This document shows, piece after piece, positions 6,805 to 15,363 of a stretch of DNA of 17,332 nucleotides; the first letter of the stretch is position 1; each line of letters starts with the position of its first letter. The notes under the pieces are model-generated. The model worked only from the letters and a program-made list of their open reading frames with translations. It did no database searches and was not told where the DNA came from. The stretch comes from Candidatus Eiseniibacteriota bacterium (GTDB lineage: Bacteria; ARS69), in NCBI GenBank assembly GCA_052390515.1, contig JBQTGV010000202.1, positions 1 to 17,332 of the forward strand, read 5' to 3'. A program made the position numbers and the translations under genes.

Positions 6805-8502
6805 CTAGAACTTGACTTGAAGCTGCAGCTTGTGCGCGCGGGCGGAGGTCGCCCTTGCCTCGAACGCTTCGCCGGGTGCGAAGACCGCGAACACGTACTC
6901 CACGTCCATCCACGGGATCTCCTCGAACGCCGCGACGAGATCCCACTCCTCGCCGATGTCGGTGCTCAGGCCGTCCGGGCGCGAATCGAGGTTGGAGTCC
7001 TCGAGCCGCGCCACCGGCCGGCGCTGCGTGTAGCGGTGGAACACGATGTCGATCGAAGAGGAGGGCAGCGGCCGCACCCCGACGCCGGCGGTCAGCACCT
7101 CGAGATTGGAGAGTTCGGGGTCCAGCAGCTCTCCGTAGTACCGGAAGCTCGAGGCTCCTCCGAACTTGTCGTTGTTGTCGTGCAGTCCGGTCTGGCGGAA
7201 GCGCCCTGCCTCGTCGTCGCCGCCGGAGCCGGCGGCCCAGCCGGCGGTCACGGAGAGGCGCGTGCGGCGTTCCAGGCGAAGCCGGACGCCGACGTCGGTG
7301 GCCCAGGCCTCGCGCGAAACGCCGTCGAGTTCGCCGCGAAGCAGCGCCAGCTCGGTCCAGTGGTGGAGCCCACCGGCGAGCCGTCCGCGGGAGCGGACCC
7401 CGAACCAGACAGGGCGGTCGTCGGCGTCGAGCCCGCTTCGCCGCCGATGAACGAGATAGGCTCCGGCCTCGCACCGATCGGCCACGGCGGCGTTCGTGGC
7501 GACGATCCAGTTGGTCCAGTCCTCGAGGCGTCCTGAATCGGTATTCCAGCGCGTGGAGAGCGAGGCCTCGCCGCGGACTCTCCCGCGGCGGGCGTGCAGC
7601 CGGATCCCGTCCAGGTTCTCGTCGTAGAGCCACTCGCGGGGCTCGTCGAAGTCCTGCCGCCCGAGCTGCACGGCGAAGTCGGGAACCGCGGGCGGCGACC
7701 ATGCCGCATAGGCCTGCTGCAGCCGCCAGGCGAAGGTGTTCTCCTCGTCCCCCTCCTGGTCGGTGATGACCCGGCTCGCCGTCCAGCCGGCCTTGGCGAA
7801 CGTCTCGACGCCGCCTCCGAGTCGGGCGTCGGCGAGCAGCTCGCCGAACCAGTCGGACTCGGTGAGGTCGCCCTGCCGATCCGGGTTGAGATCGTAGTTG
7901 TCCTCCGGCTGGACGGCTCCCTGCAGGCGGCCGCCGAAACGCAGCCGTCCGCCGAACGCGCTGCCCAGCGCCGGCGCCTCGTCGTCGTCGTCGATGGCGC
8001 GCTGCACCAGCGACTGCTGGATGCCGCGGACGACGGTGCCGCCGCTCAACGCCACGGGAATGCCGGCGATGATCAGGCGGTTGCCGTCCTCGTCCACCGA
8101 CGTCACCGCGCCGTCGATCTCGACGTCGTCGACGCCATCAGCGGCCCGGATCCGCCGCGCGCGGAGGACGCCGTTCTCCCAGGTTCCGTCGATCTCGACC
8201 CAGTGACCTGCGGCGAAGGACTCGAACGGCGAACCCTCCGTTTGCGCGTCGACGCGGACGTCGGTGGCGAGCACGCGGATGAGGGAGCGGGAGGCGTCCA
8301 TCGTCTCGATCGGAGCGACGATCTCGACGTCGTTGCCGGAGAATCCCCGGCGAGCATCGATCTCGTCGGCGACGAAGCCACGGGTCGGCTTCACGTCACC
8401 CTGCGCCTCCACGACGAGCCCCACGTGGAAGTCCGCGACGGAGGCGGCGGCCGCGGGCCCGGCGAGGAACACCAGACCGGCGGCGAGGATCGGCGAGCGC
8501 AT
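6805..8502 (-). CDS. Alginate-export (AlgE-like) outer-membrane beta-barrel with N-terminal DUF5666-like repeats
   Basis: Signal peptide. LGRQDFDEPREWLYDENLDG and FRQTGLHDN...FRYYGELLDPELSNL resemble AlgE-family segments. Alternating beta-strand pattern and C-terminal Phe (LQLQVKF). N-terminal VEIxG-type repeats. Confidence 0.85.
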   Translation of the reverse strand: MRSPILAAGLVFLAGPAAAASVADFHVGLVVEAQGDVKPTRGFVADEIDARRGFSGNDVEIVAPIETMDASRSLIRVLATDVRVDAQTEGSPFESFAAGHWVEIDGTWENGVLRARRIRAADGVDDVEIDGAVTSVDEDGNRLIIAGIPVALSGGTVVRGIQQSLVQRAIDDDDEAPALGSAFGGRLRFGGRLQGAVQPEDNYDLNPDRQGDLTESDWFGELLADARLGGGVETFAKAGWTASRVITDQEGDEENTFAWRLQQAYAAWSPPAVPDFAVQLGRQDFDEPREWLYDENLDGIRLHARRGRVRGEASLSTRWNTDSGRLEDWTNWIVATNAAVADRCEAGAYLVHRRRSGLDADDRPVWFGVRSRGRLAGGLHHWTELALLRGELDGVSREAWATDVGVRLRLERRTRLSVTAGWAAGSGGDDEAGRFRQTGLHDNNDKFGGASSFRYYGELLDPELSNLEVLTAGVGVRPLPSSSIDIVFHRYTQRRPVARLEDSNLDSRPDGLSTDIGEEWDLVAAFEEIPWMDVEYVFAVFAPGEAFEARATSARAHKLQLQVKF

Positions 8503-9753
8503 CTAGACGGTCTCCTTTCCGTGACCGGCGGCTCGGAGAAGCCGCTCGGCGAGTCCCGGCCAGGCCGGGCGAAGTGCGTAGACGGCCGCGAGCCGCAGCA
8601 GCGCGATCCGTTCCCAGGCAGGGGGCAGCGTTCCGTATCCGGAGACGAAGGCCTCGCGCACCGCGCGTGCCCGCGCTCCGGAGATTCGCCCTTGCAGCGC
8701 GCGGAGCCGCAAGTGTGCGAGGAAGTTCGCGGGGTCGAGCGGCGCGGGTGCCGCCGCCACGAGGTCCCAGTCGATGATCGACAGATCCCCGTCCTCGCAC
8801 AGAACCTGCTTGTCGTGCAGATCGCGGTGCGAGGTGACGAGCGTCGCGTCGTCGGGCATGCCGCCGGCAACCTCGTCGAGCTGCCGGACGATCCCTGCCG
8901 CCAGCGCCGGATCGACCACGGCCGCCCGCGCGGCGAGCTTCCGCACGGTGGCGCGCTCCTCGATCAGGCCATGCCGCGGGAGACCGGCCGGCGGGATCGA
9001 TTGCAGCGCGCGCACCGCGCGGCCGACGTCGCGCGCCGGTACCGGCCCGTCGCGCAGGAGGCGCTCGTGCACGGAAGCACCCGGAACCCGCTCGAGCAGG
9101 ACGAAGCGCGAGGTCGGATCCTCCAGGACGACGCGCGGTACGCGGAATGCGCTCTCCCGGGACGCGATGGCTCTCAGGAAGGCAGCGGGCCTGCGGTCGA
9201 CCCTGCCGGCGTGGACCTTCAGGATGAGGTCGGCCTCGCGCGCGTCGCCGCGGGTCAGGCGGCAGCAGAGCCTGCGTCCGAATCGGTGGGCGAGGATGTG
9301 CACGCTCCACGAGCCGTCGGTGCCGCCAGTGCCGCCGGCACCCGCGTCCTCTCCGTCCAGGACGTCGAAGGCGTGGGGCATCCGGGGATCAGCGGGCGAA
9401 AGCCACAGGCGCGCTCCCGTCGACGCGTCGTGGCCGGTGAGGCGGCTCACCGCTCCGAACGGCCCGAGCTTCGTCTCCGGCGCTGGTCGGTGACGCTCGG
9501 TCGGCGCGGAGAGCTCGGCGAACGCGGGACGGTGCTCGACTCGTCCGCTCCGCGCGTGCCGCAGCGAGAGCGCCATGGTCACGTCCAGCCGACCCTCGCC
9601 GCGGACCTCGAGCCGTTCGGGAGACGCGGCCTCGATGCGCCACTCGCCGTCGGCGAGGCAGGGAATCCCACGGGACAGGCGACGCGCGGCGTCCTCCGGC
9701 TCGAGGAAGGGGAGAACGTCCGGGATCGGCGCGGCGGTCCGGAGCGCGTTCAC
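8503..9753 (-). CDS. Aminoglycoside-phosphotransferase/choline-kinase-fold phosphotransferase
   Basis: GTG overlaps the upstream TGA. ILKV (ATP Lys), VPR...LLERVPG, HRDLHDKQV, IIDWD, LDPANFLAHL. Confidence 0.85.
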   Translation of the reverse strand: MNALRTAAPIPDVLPFLEPEDAARRLSRGIPCLADGEWRIEAASPERLEVRGEGRLDVTMALSLRHARSGRVEHRPAFAELSAPTERHRPAPETKLGPFGAVSRLTGHDASTGARLWLSPADPRMPHAFDVLDGEDAGAGGTGGTDGSWSVHILAHRFGRRLCCRLTRGDAREADLILKVHAGRVDRRPAAFLRAIASRESAFRVPRVVLEDPTSRFVLLERVPGASVHERLLRDGPVPARDVGRAVRALQSIPPAGLPRHGLIEERATVRKLAARAAVVDPALAAGIVRQLDEVAGGMPDDATLVTSHRDLHDKQVLCEDGDLSIIDWDLVAAAPAPLDPANFLAHLRLRALQGRISGARARAVREAFVSGYGTLPPAWERIALLRLAAVYALRPAWPGLAERLLRAAGHGKETV

Positions 9754-11072
9754 GAGCCCACCCCCGCCTCGACGCGCAGCAGGTCGCGGCTACGCTGCAG
9801 GATCGCGCGAGTCTCCGACGCCCACTTCTCGCTCAGGCGGCGGAACGGCGTCATGGAGAGCAGCACGAGCTGCAGGGCGACGAAGAGCTCGAGGTCGGCC
9901 GGTGCCTGCCGCGGAGCGAAGTATGCGCGCACGAACTCCTCGCGGAGCATGGCCGCGCACGGCGCCTCCAGCGCGCCCTCGATCTCGCGGAGGTGCAGGT
10001 GCGCGACGAAGTTGCCGACGTCGACCAGCCCTTCGCCGGTAGCGCTTTCGTCCCAGTCGATGAGCCGGCCGACGTCCCCCTCGATCAGGATCTGGTGGTA
10101 GTGCAGGTCGCCGTGGACGAGCACGGCGGCACCGGCGCGAGCCCGGGATCCAGCGCGAGCCAGCTCCGCGTCGAGACGGCGCGCGAGCGGGGCGATCTCA
10201 TCCCCGCCGACCCGCGCGAGATCCCGCAGGATCGTCGACGCGCGGAAAGACAGCTCCCGCCCGCCGCCGGCCGGCAGCCCGCCCGGAACCGGTGCTTCGT
10301 GCAGCACGCGGAGCATCCGCGCGACTGCCGTGCACTGACCCGCGGCGCCCGGTCCCTCGAGGATTTCGCCCAGTGGCCGCCCCGGGACCCACTCCTGGAC
10401 GAGGATGCGCCGCGTCGAGTCGTAGCCGAGGGGGCGCGGCACGAGGAGCCCCGCGTCGAGGCACTCGCGGGCCGAGAGATGCTCGAGCACGCGGTGCACC
10501 CGCACTCCGGAATCGTCGCCGTTCGCCTGGACGATGACCCTGCGTGCGCGCTGATCGCCGGTGGCCACGTGCTTCGTGGAGAGATCAGCCTGCACGATGC
10601 AGCGACGCTCCGGCTTGTACTTCAGCAGACGCACGCTACTCTTCTTCGCGCGCACGCGCTCGCCCTCGGGGGAGAGATCCGCGACGCAGCCGTGCAGCAC
10701 GTGCTTGAGACGCCCGGCGGAAGTCACGAACGGCAGCGCGCGGACGTTGCGGTCCAGCGGGAACCCGAAGAAGACCGCGTCCAGCTCGGGAAGCGGAAGG
10801 ATCCATCCGCCGTGCTTCGCGCGCGCGACGTACTTCTCGTGACAGGCCTGTGCGCTGCCGGTGTGGAACACCTTGAGGTAGCCGAGCGGAGTGGTGTCGT
10901 CGGCGGAGCCTTCGGCGTGCAGCCCGAAGAGGCAGCCGACCTCGGGCTTGTGGCGCACGTATCCGATGCGGAACCGACCCGGGGCGTCCACCGCCCGCGC
11001 GCGAAGCGCTTCCTGGAGCCGCTCGCGCAGCGCCGGCGACTCCGCGAGCGCCCTCAAGTCGTCAGGACGCAC
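9750..11072 (-). CDS. Aminoglycoside-phosphotransferase/choline-kinase-fold phosphotransferase with N-terminal extension
   Basis: GTG with AAGGAGGGAG RBS. YKPERRC, VPRPLGY...EWVPG, HGDLHYHQI, LIDWD, DVGNFVAHL. Confidence 0.85.
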   Translation of the reverse strand: MRPDDLRALAESPALRERLQEALRARAVDAPGRFRIGYVRHKPEVGCLFGLHAEGSADDTTPLGYLKVFHTGSAQACHEKYVARAKHGGWILPLPELDAVFFGFPLDRNVRALPFVTSAGRLKHVLHGCVADLSPEGERVRAKKSSVRLLKYKPERRCIVQADLSTKHVATGDQRARRVIVQANGDDSGVRVHRVLEHLSARECLDAGLLVPRPLGYDSTRRILVQEWVPGRPLGEILEGPGAAGQCTAVARMLRVLHEAPVPGGLPAGGGRELSFRASTILRDLARVGGDEIAPLARRLDAELARAGSRARAGAAVLVHGDLHYHQILIEGDVGRLIDWDESATGEGLVDVGNFVAHLHLREIEGALEAPCAAMLREEFVRAYFAPRQAPADLELFVALQLVLLSMTPFRRLSEKWASETRAILQRSRDLLRVEAGVGS

Positions 11073-12897
11073 GGAGCTCCCTCCTTCGGCGGGCGTTGGC
11101 GATCCACAGATCGCGGTACACCTCGCAGGAGGCCAGCAGCTCCTCGTGCGCGCCTTGGCCGGCTACCCGGCCCTCGTCCAGCACCACGATGCGGTCGGCG
11201 AACCGCGCGTTGCCCACGTCGTGCACGATGCAGATCGAGGTCCGTCCCTTGGTCAGCTCGTGGATCGCCTCCCAGAGGTTCTCGCGGACCGCGGCGTCGA
11301 GGAACGTGTCCGGCTCGTCCAGCACGACGATGGGGGTCTGGCGCACGAACGCCCGCGCCAGCGCGATGCGCTGCCGCTCGCCGCCGGAGAGACCGCGGCC
11401 GTGCTCGTCGAGGATGGTGTCGTAGCCGGCCGGAAGACGTCCGATGCGCTCGTGGATGCCGGCGTGACGCGCGGCCCGCTCCACGTCTTCCACGGCGAGG
11501 TCCTCGAGGCCGTACGTGATGTTGTCCCAGATGCTGATGCCGAGCAGGACGGTCTCCTGGAGTACGAAGGAGACGTGGTCGCGAAGGTGCGCGAGCTCGA
11601 TCTCGCGGAGCGGTATGCCGTCGAGCAGGACCTGGCCGCCGGTCGGCTCGTAGAGCCGCGGCAGGAGCCGGGCGAACGTCGTCTTGCCCGCGCCGGAGCG
11701 CCCCACGAGCGCGATGCGCTCGCCTGCGTCGATCGTGAGGGTGACCCCGCGGAGAACTTCCTCGCCCTGCCGGTATCCGAAGCGCACATCCTTCAGCTCC
11801 AGCCGTCCGAGGATCGGCTCAGGACGCAGCGCTCCCGGGGCATGGAGCTCCTCCGGAGCCTGGGCGAGCACGTCACCGATGCGCTCCGCGGCCACCACGC
11901 CCTTCGCCAGTCGCCCGGTGAGCTTGGAGAACGAGCGCATCGGCTTGTAGGCCAGCCCGAGGTACGCGACCGCGAGCACGAGATCGCCGGCGGTGATGTC
12001 GCCGTGGAGCGCGCGCCGCGCACCCACCCAGAGCACGGCGCAAGTACCCAGTGCGACCAGCAGCTCGACGCGCCGCTCCAGCGCCGCCTGCAGCTTGGTG
12101 GCGCGGAGTCCCTGGCGCAGGCTTCGCCGGTGGCTGGCCAGGAAACGCTCGCGCTCCTCGTCCTCCGCGCCGTGGATCTTCACCACGGCGACCGATCCGA
12201 GCGACTCCGCCGATCGCGCGGCGATCTCACTCTCGCGGCGCCGCTGCTTGCGCACCGCGGTCTTGATGCGGCGCGAGAAGCGCGAGGCGGTGAGCAGCAG
12301 GAGCGGGAAGATGGAGAGCGCGACCAGCGCGATGGTGCGGTCCAGCCAGAAGAGCAGGCCCACCACCCCGACGACGACGAGCCCCTGGGAGAGGAGCTTC
12401 AGCGTCGAGGCGACGAGCAGGTTGTTGACGAGGTTCATGTCGCCGGTGAGGCGCAGCACGAGGTCCCCGGTTCGAGCGCGGTCGTGGAAGGAGAGCGACA
12501 GGCGATGCACGTGCCGAAACAGGTCGCGGCGGAGCCGGAAGGCCAGCAACTGCCCGGCCTTGGCGCCGAGATAGGACTCCCCGTACGCGGCGACCCCGGC
12601 GAGAGCGGCGATGATCAGGATGGCGCCCGACGCGAGGAGCACCGCGCGCTCCGGCCCGACGGTACCGATCCAGGGGATCGTGACGCCGGCTCCTTGGCTG
12701 AGCAGGGAGTCGACCACGACCTTGAGCGGCCAGGGGCGAAGGATCTCGAGGACGGCGTAGGCCATCATCGAGCCGAACGCTCCCGCCAGGATGCCGGGCG
12801 ACTTGCGCAGGATCGGCCAGAATCGGACGTAAGTGGCGGCGAGGGAGTCGACTCGGAGCGCGCCGCCGGGACGCCGGAAGCGGAAGGGCAGCTTCAT
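11062..12897 (-). CDS. Fused ABC exporter (TMD+NBD; MsbA/PglK/NdvA-like architecture)
   Basis: N-terminal hydrophobic helices. Walker A GRSGAGKT, Q-loop VLQE, signature LSGGERQR, Walker B IVVLDE, H-loop IVHD. ATGA overlap with the upstream gene. Confidence 0.95.
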   Translation of the reverse strand: MKLPFRFRRPGGALRVDSLAATYVRFWPILRKSPGILAGAFGSMMAYAVLEILRPWPLKVVVDSLLSQGAGVTIPWIGTVGPERAVLLASGAILIIAALAGVAAYGESYLGAKAGQLLAFRLRRDLFRHVHRLSLSFHDRARTGDLVLRLTGDMNLVNNLLVASTLKLLSQGLVVVGVVGLLFWLDRTIALVALSIFPLLLLTASRFSRRIKTAVRKQRRRESEIAARSAESLGSVAVVKIHGAEDEERERFLASHRRSLRQGLRATKLQAALERRVELLVALGTCAVLWVGARRALHGDITAGDLVLAVAYLGLAYKPMRSFSKLTGRLAKGVVAAERIGDVLAQAPEELHAPGALRPEPILGRLELKDVRFGYRQGEEVLRGVTLTIDAGERIALVGRSGAGKTTFARLLPRLYEPTGGQVLLDGIPLREIELAHLRDHVSFVLQETVLLGISIWDNITYGLEDLAVEDVERAARHAGIHERIGRLPAGYDTILDEHGRGLSGGERQRIALARAFVRQTPIVVLDEPDTFLDAAVRENLWEAIHELTKGRTSICIVHDVGNARFADRIVVLDEGRVAGQGAHEELLASCEVYRDLWIANARRRRELRAS

Positions 12898-14105
12898 GAC
12901 GCGATCACCTCGCGCGGCCTCGCCTCGGCGCGCGCCTCCTCGATCAGGTCGACGATCCGCGACGAGATCGCGTCCCAGGTGCGCCCCGCAGCCACGCGGG
13001 ACGCGCCCTCGCCGAGCCGGCGGCGCAGGTGCGGATCCTCCCGCAGTCGGAGCAGCGCCTCCGCCAGCGCCCCGGTGCTGCCGGGAGGGACCAGCAGGGC
13101 GCTCTCACCGTCGGCGAAGTGCTCCTCGATCTGGCCGACACGGCTGGCCACCACCGGGAGCCTCATCGCCGCGTACTCGATCACCTTGAGCGGCGAGAAG
13201 TAGAAGCGCGGCAGATCCGGGTACGGAGCGACAGCCACGTCGGCGGAGGCGAGCAGCACCGGGACGTCCTGGTGAGGCACCGCCCCGGTCAGCTCGAAGG
13301 AGTCCGCAGGCGCGCCGGCTGCCAGTCGGGCGCGGATCGATTCGAGCATCGGCCCGTCGCCGACCACCAGCAGCCGCCAGCCGGGATCGGCCCTGCGCAG
13401 TGCCACGAACGCGTCGACGAGCACCTCGACCCCGTGCCAGGGCTTGAGGCTGCCCACGAACGCGACGGTGAACCGGGCAGGGTCCTTCGCCGCCGCCGGT
13501 CTCGGGCGAAACAGCCGCTCGTCGAATCCGTTCGGCTCGACGCGCACTCGCCGCGGCTCGACGCCGCAGAGGGCGACATGCTCGGCGACGGCACGGGAGA
13601 CGCAGACGACGCGGGACGCGCGGCGAAGCAGATGCGCCTCCAGGAACCGGGCCAGCGACGGCATCGCGAGCGCGCGGTGCTGCAGCGCTTCGTCGACGAG
13701 GGGAGCGTTCACCTCGACGACCCAGGGCACTCCGTGACGCGCGGCGGCGTTCGCCCCCGCGACGCTCCACAGCGAGTAGCGTTCGTAGACGGCGTCGACG
13801 CCTTCGCTCTCCGCGATCCGGTCGATGAGGCGCTCGACGTCGTCGTTCGCGCCGAGCGCGGCCAGCTCGCCGGCATCCCGCCGGGCGGAGGTGCCGCCGG
13901 CGGGACGCGCGCCGATGCCGAGGATGCGGCAGCTCGAGGGCAGCACGGCGGTCTCCGCGGCCGGCTCGCCGAGGCGCATCGAGACGGCGGTCAGCGCCTC
14001 GACGCGCGGAGCGAGCGTGCGCAGAGTCTGCCGGACGTGGACGCTCGCGCCCTTGCTGCCCCACAAGGGCACGCCGGGGTCGCCGTTAAGATAGACGAGG
14101 CGCAT
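12894..14105 (-). CDS. Glycosyltransferase family 4 (GT-B)
   Basis: ATG at 14105 with GGAG RBS (overlaps the upstream gene end by 20 nt). GASVHV, YERYSL, EVNAP, PNG, FVGSLKPWHG, VGDGP, SPLKVIEY. Confidence 0.92.
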   Translation of the reverse strand: MRLVYLNGDPGVPLWGSKGASVHVRQTLRTLAPRVEALTAVSMRLGEPAAETAVLPSSCRILGIGARPAGGTSARRDAGELAALGANDDVERLIDRIAESEGVDAVYERYSLWSVAGANAAARHGVPWVVEVNAPLVDEALQHRALAMPSLARFLEAHLLRRASRVVCVSRAVAEHVALCGVEPRRVRVEPNGFDERLFRPRPAAAKDPARFTVAFVGSLKPWHGVEVLVDAFVALRRADPGWRLLVVGDGPMLESIRARLAAGAPADSFELTGAVPHQDVPVLLASADVAVAPYPDLPRFYFSPLKVIEYAAMRLPVVASRVGQIEEHFADGESALLVPPGSTGALAEALLRLREDPHLRRRLGEGASRVAAGRTWDAISSRIVDLIEEARAEARPREVIAS

Positions 14106-15363
14106 GGTGCACCGCTCCGACCAGCTCGCGGCCCGCGTCCCCGCGAAGCGCAGCGCTCTCCCGGAAGAGATCGAGGAGGAGACCCACGTTGGCCCGCCCA
14201 TCGAACAGGCGCTCCGCACGCTCCCGGCCCGCGGTGCCGCGCGCGCGGCAGGCCGCCGGATCGCGGAGGAGCCGGTGCAGCGCGTCGGCGAGCCGGTCCG
14301 GCGAATCCGGGGGAACGAGCTCGCCGGCCACGCCGTCGCCCACGATCTCCGGGATTCCCGTGACCGGCGTGGAGACGACCGGCGTACCGAGCGCCAGCGC
14401 CTCCAGCAGCACGGTGGGGAGCGCGTCGCGGTTCCCGTCGTCGGCGATTCGCGCCGGCAGCGCCACGACGTCGGAAGAGGCCATGAGTTGGCGGACCCGC
14501 TCGTTGGAGAGGGGTCCGGTGAAGTCCACCCGGCCGCCGAGCCGGAGATCCTCCGACAGGGCCTCGAGCGCGTCTCGCTCCGGTCCCGCCCCGACGATGC
14601 GGCATCGGAACGGGATCCCGCGTCCGGCGAGGACGGCGCAGGAGCGGAGCAGGGTGTCGAAGCCCTTCTTCGGAACGAGGCGACCGACGGCGAGGATCTC
14701 GGGAACTGCGTTCGCCAGTCGGGGCCCCGGCAGAAACTCCTCGAGGTCGAGACCGTTGTAGATCCGGTGCACGCGCGCTTCGTCGGGACCGATCGCCTCC
14801 AGATGGCGTCGGTTCGCGTCGCACACGGTCACCACGAAGCGCGCCGCGCGCATGTGCTCGCCCAGGGACGAGACGTCATTCGCCGACAGGTAGATGTCCT
14901 TCGCATGGGCGGTGAAGCTGAAGGGGAGATCCGAGAAGCCGGCCGCGAGCGACGCTACGTCGGTGGCGCTCGTGGCGAAGTGCGCGTGCAGATGAGCCAC
15001 GTCGGTACGACGCAGCGCCAGGTGCAAGGCTACAGCCTTCGCCACGAGCTTCATCCGCTCGACGTCGCCGCGCTCGATGACCTGCCAGACAGCCTCGGCC
15101 AGACGGCCACGAATCTCGCGCAGCGCGGCGGGGTTCGCCGCCAGCAGTTCCAGCAGCTCGTGCGTGGTCAGGTTGGGGAGGTAGGTCACTTCGGCCTGCA
15201 CGCGGGCGAGCTTCTCGTGGAACCGCCCCTCCCGCGGCGGATTCAGCGAGTAGACCGTCACCCGCGCGCCGCGCTGCTCGAGCTGCAGGATCTCGTTGAC
15301 GATGAACGTCTCCGAGTGCCGCGGATAGACCTTCAGCACGTAGCCGACGTGGACGTCGGTCAC
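14086..15363 (-). CDS. Glycosyltransferase family 4 (WcaL/AmsK-like)
   Basis: YVLKVYPRHSETFIVNEI, HLHAHFA, FTAHAKDIY, IYNG, VGRLVPKKG, DALPTVLLEA, GIPE. GTGA overlap with the upstream gene. Confidence 0.93.
   Translation of the reverse strand: MTDVHVGYVLKVYPRHSETFIVNEILQLEQRGARVTVYSLNPPREGRFHEKLARVQAEVTYLPNLTTHELLELLAANPAALREIRGRLAEAVWQVIERGDVERMKLVAKAVALHLALRRTDVAHLHAHFATSATDVASLAAGFSDLPFSFTAHAKDIYLSANDVSSLGEHMRAARFVVTVCDANRRHLEAIGPDEARVHRIYNGLDLEEFLPGPRLANAVPEILAVGRLVPKKGFDTLLRSCAVLAGRGIPFRCRIVGAGPERDALEALSEDLRLGGRVDFTGPLSNERVRQLMASSDVVALPARIADDGNRDALPTVLLEALALGTPVVSTPVTGIPEIVGDGVAGELVPPDSPDRLADALHRLLRDPAACRARGTAGRERAERLFDGRANVGLLLDLFRESAALRGDAGRELVGAVHHAPRLS

Noticed and set aside
3379-7702. 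N-terminal extensions of the track ORFs 1987..3942, 3375..5192 and 5084..7702
   Set aside because: The extensions overlap neighbouring genes and are low-complexity Arg-rich. Internal starts at 3378, 5069 and 6793 have coupling, an RBS and/or a signal peptide.
6805-8502. Calling the locus alginate biosynthesis (algE)
   Set aside because: No algD/alg8/alg44/algK/algG-like genes are present. Only family-level similarity is supportable.
8503-11072. Aminoglycoside-resistance interpretation of the APH-fold genes
   Set aside because: They are much longer than typical APH resistance enzymes, have a non-canonical loop, and are embedded in a GT/export operon without mobile context.
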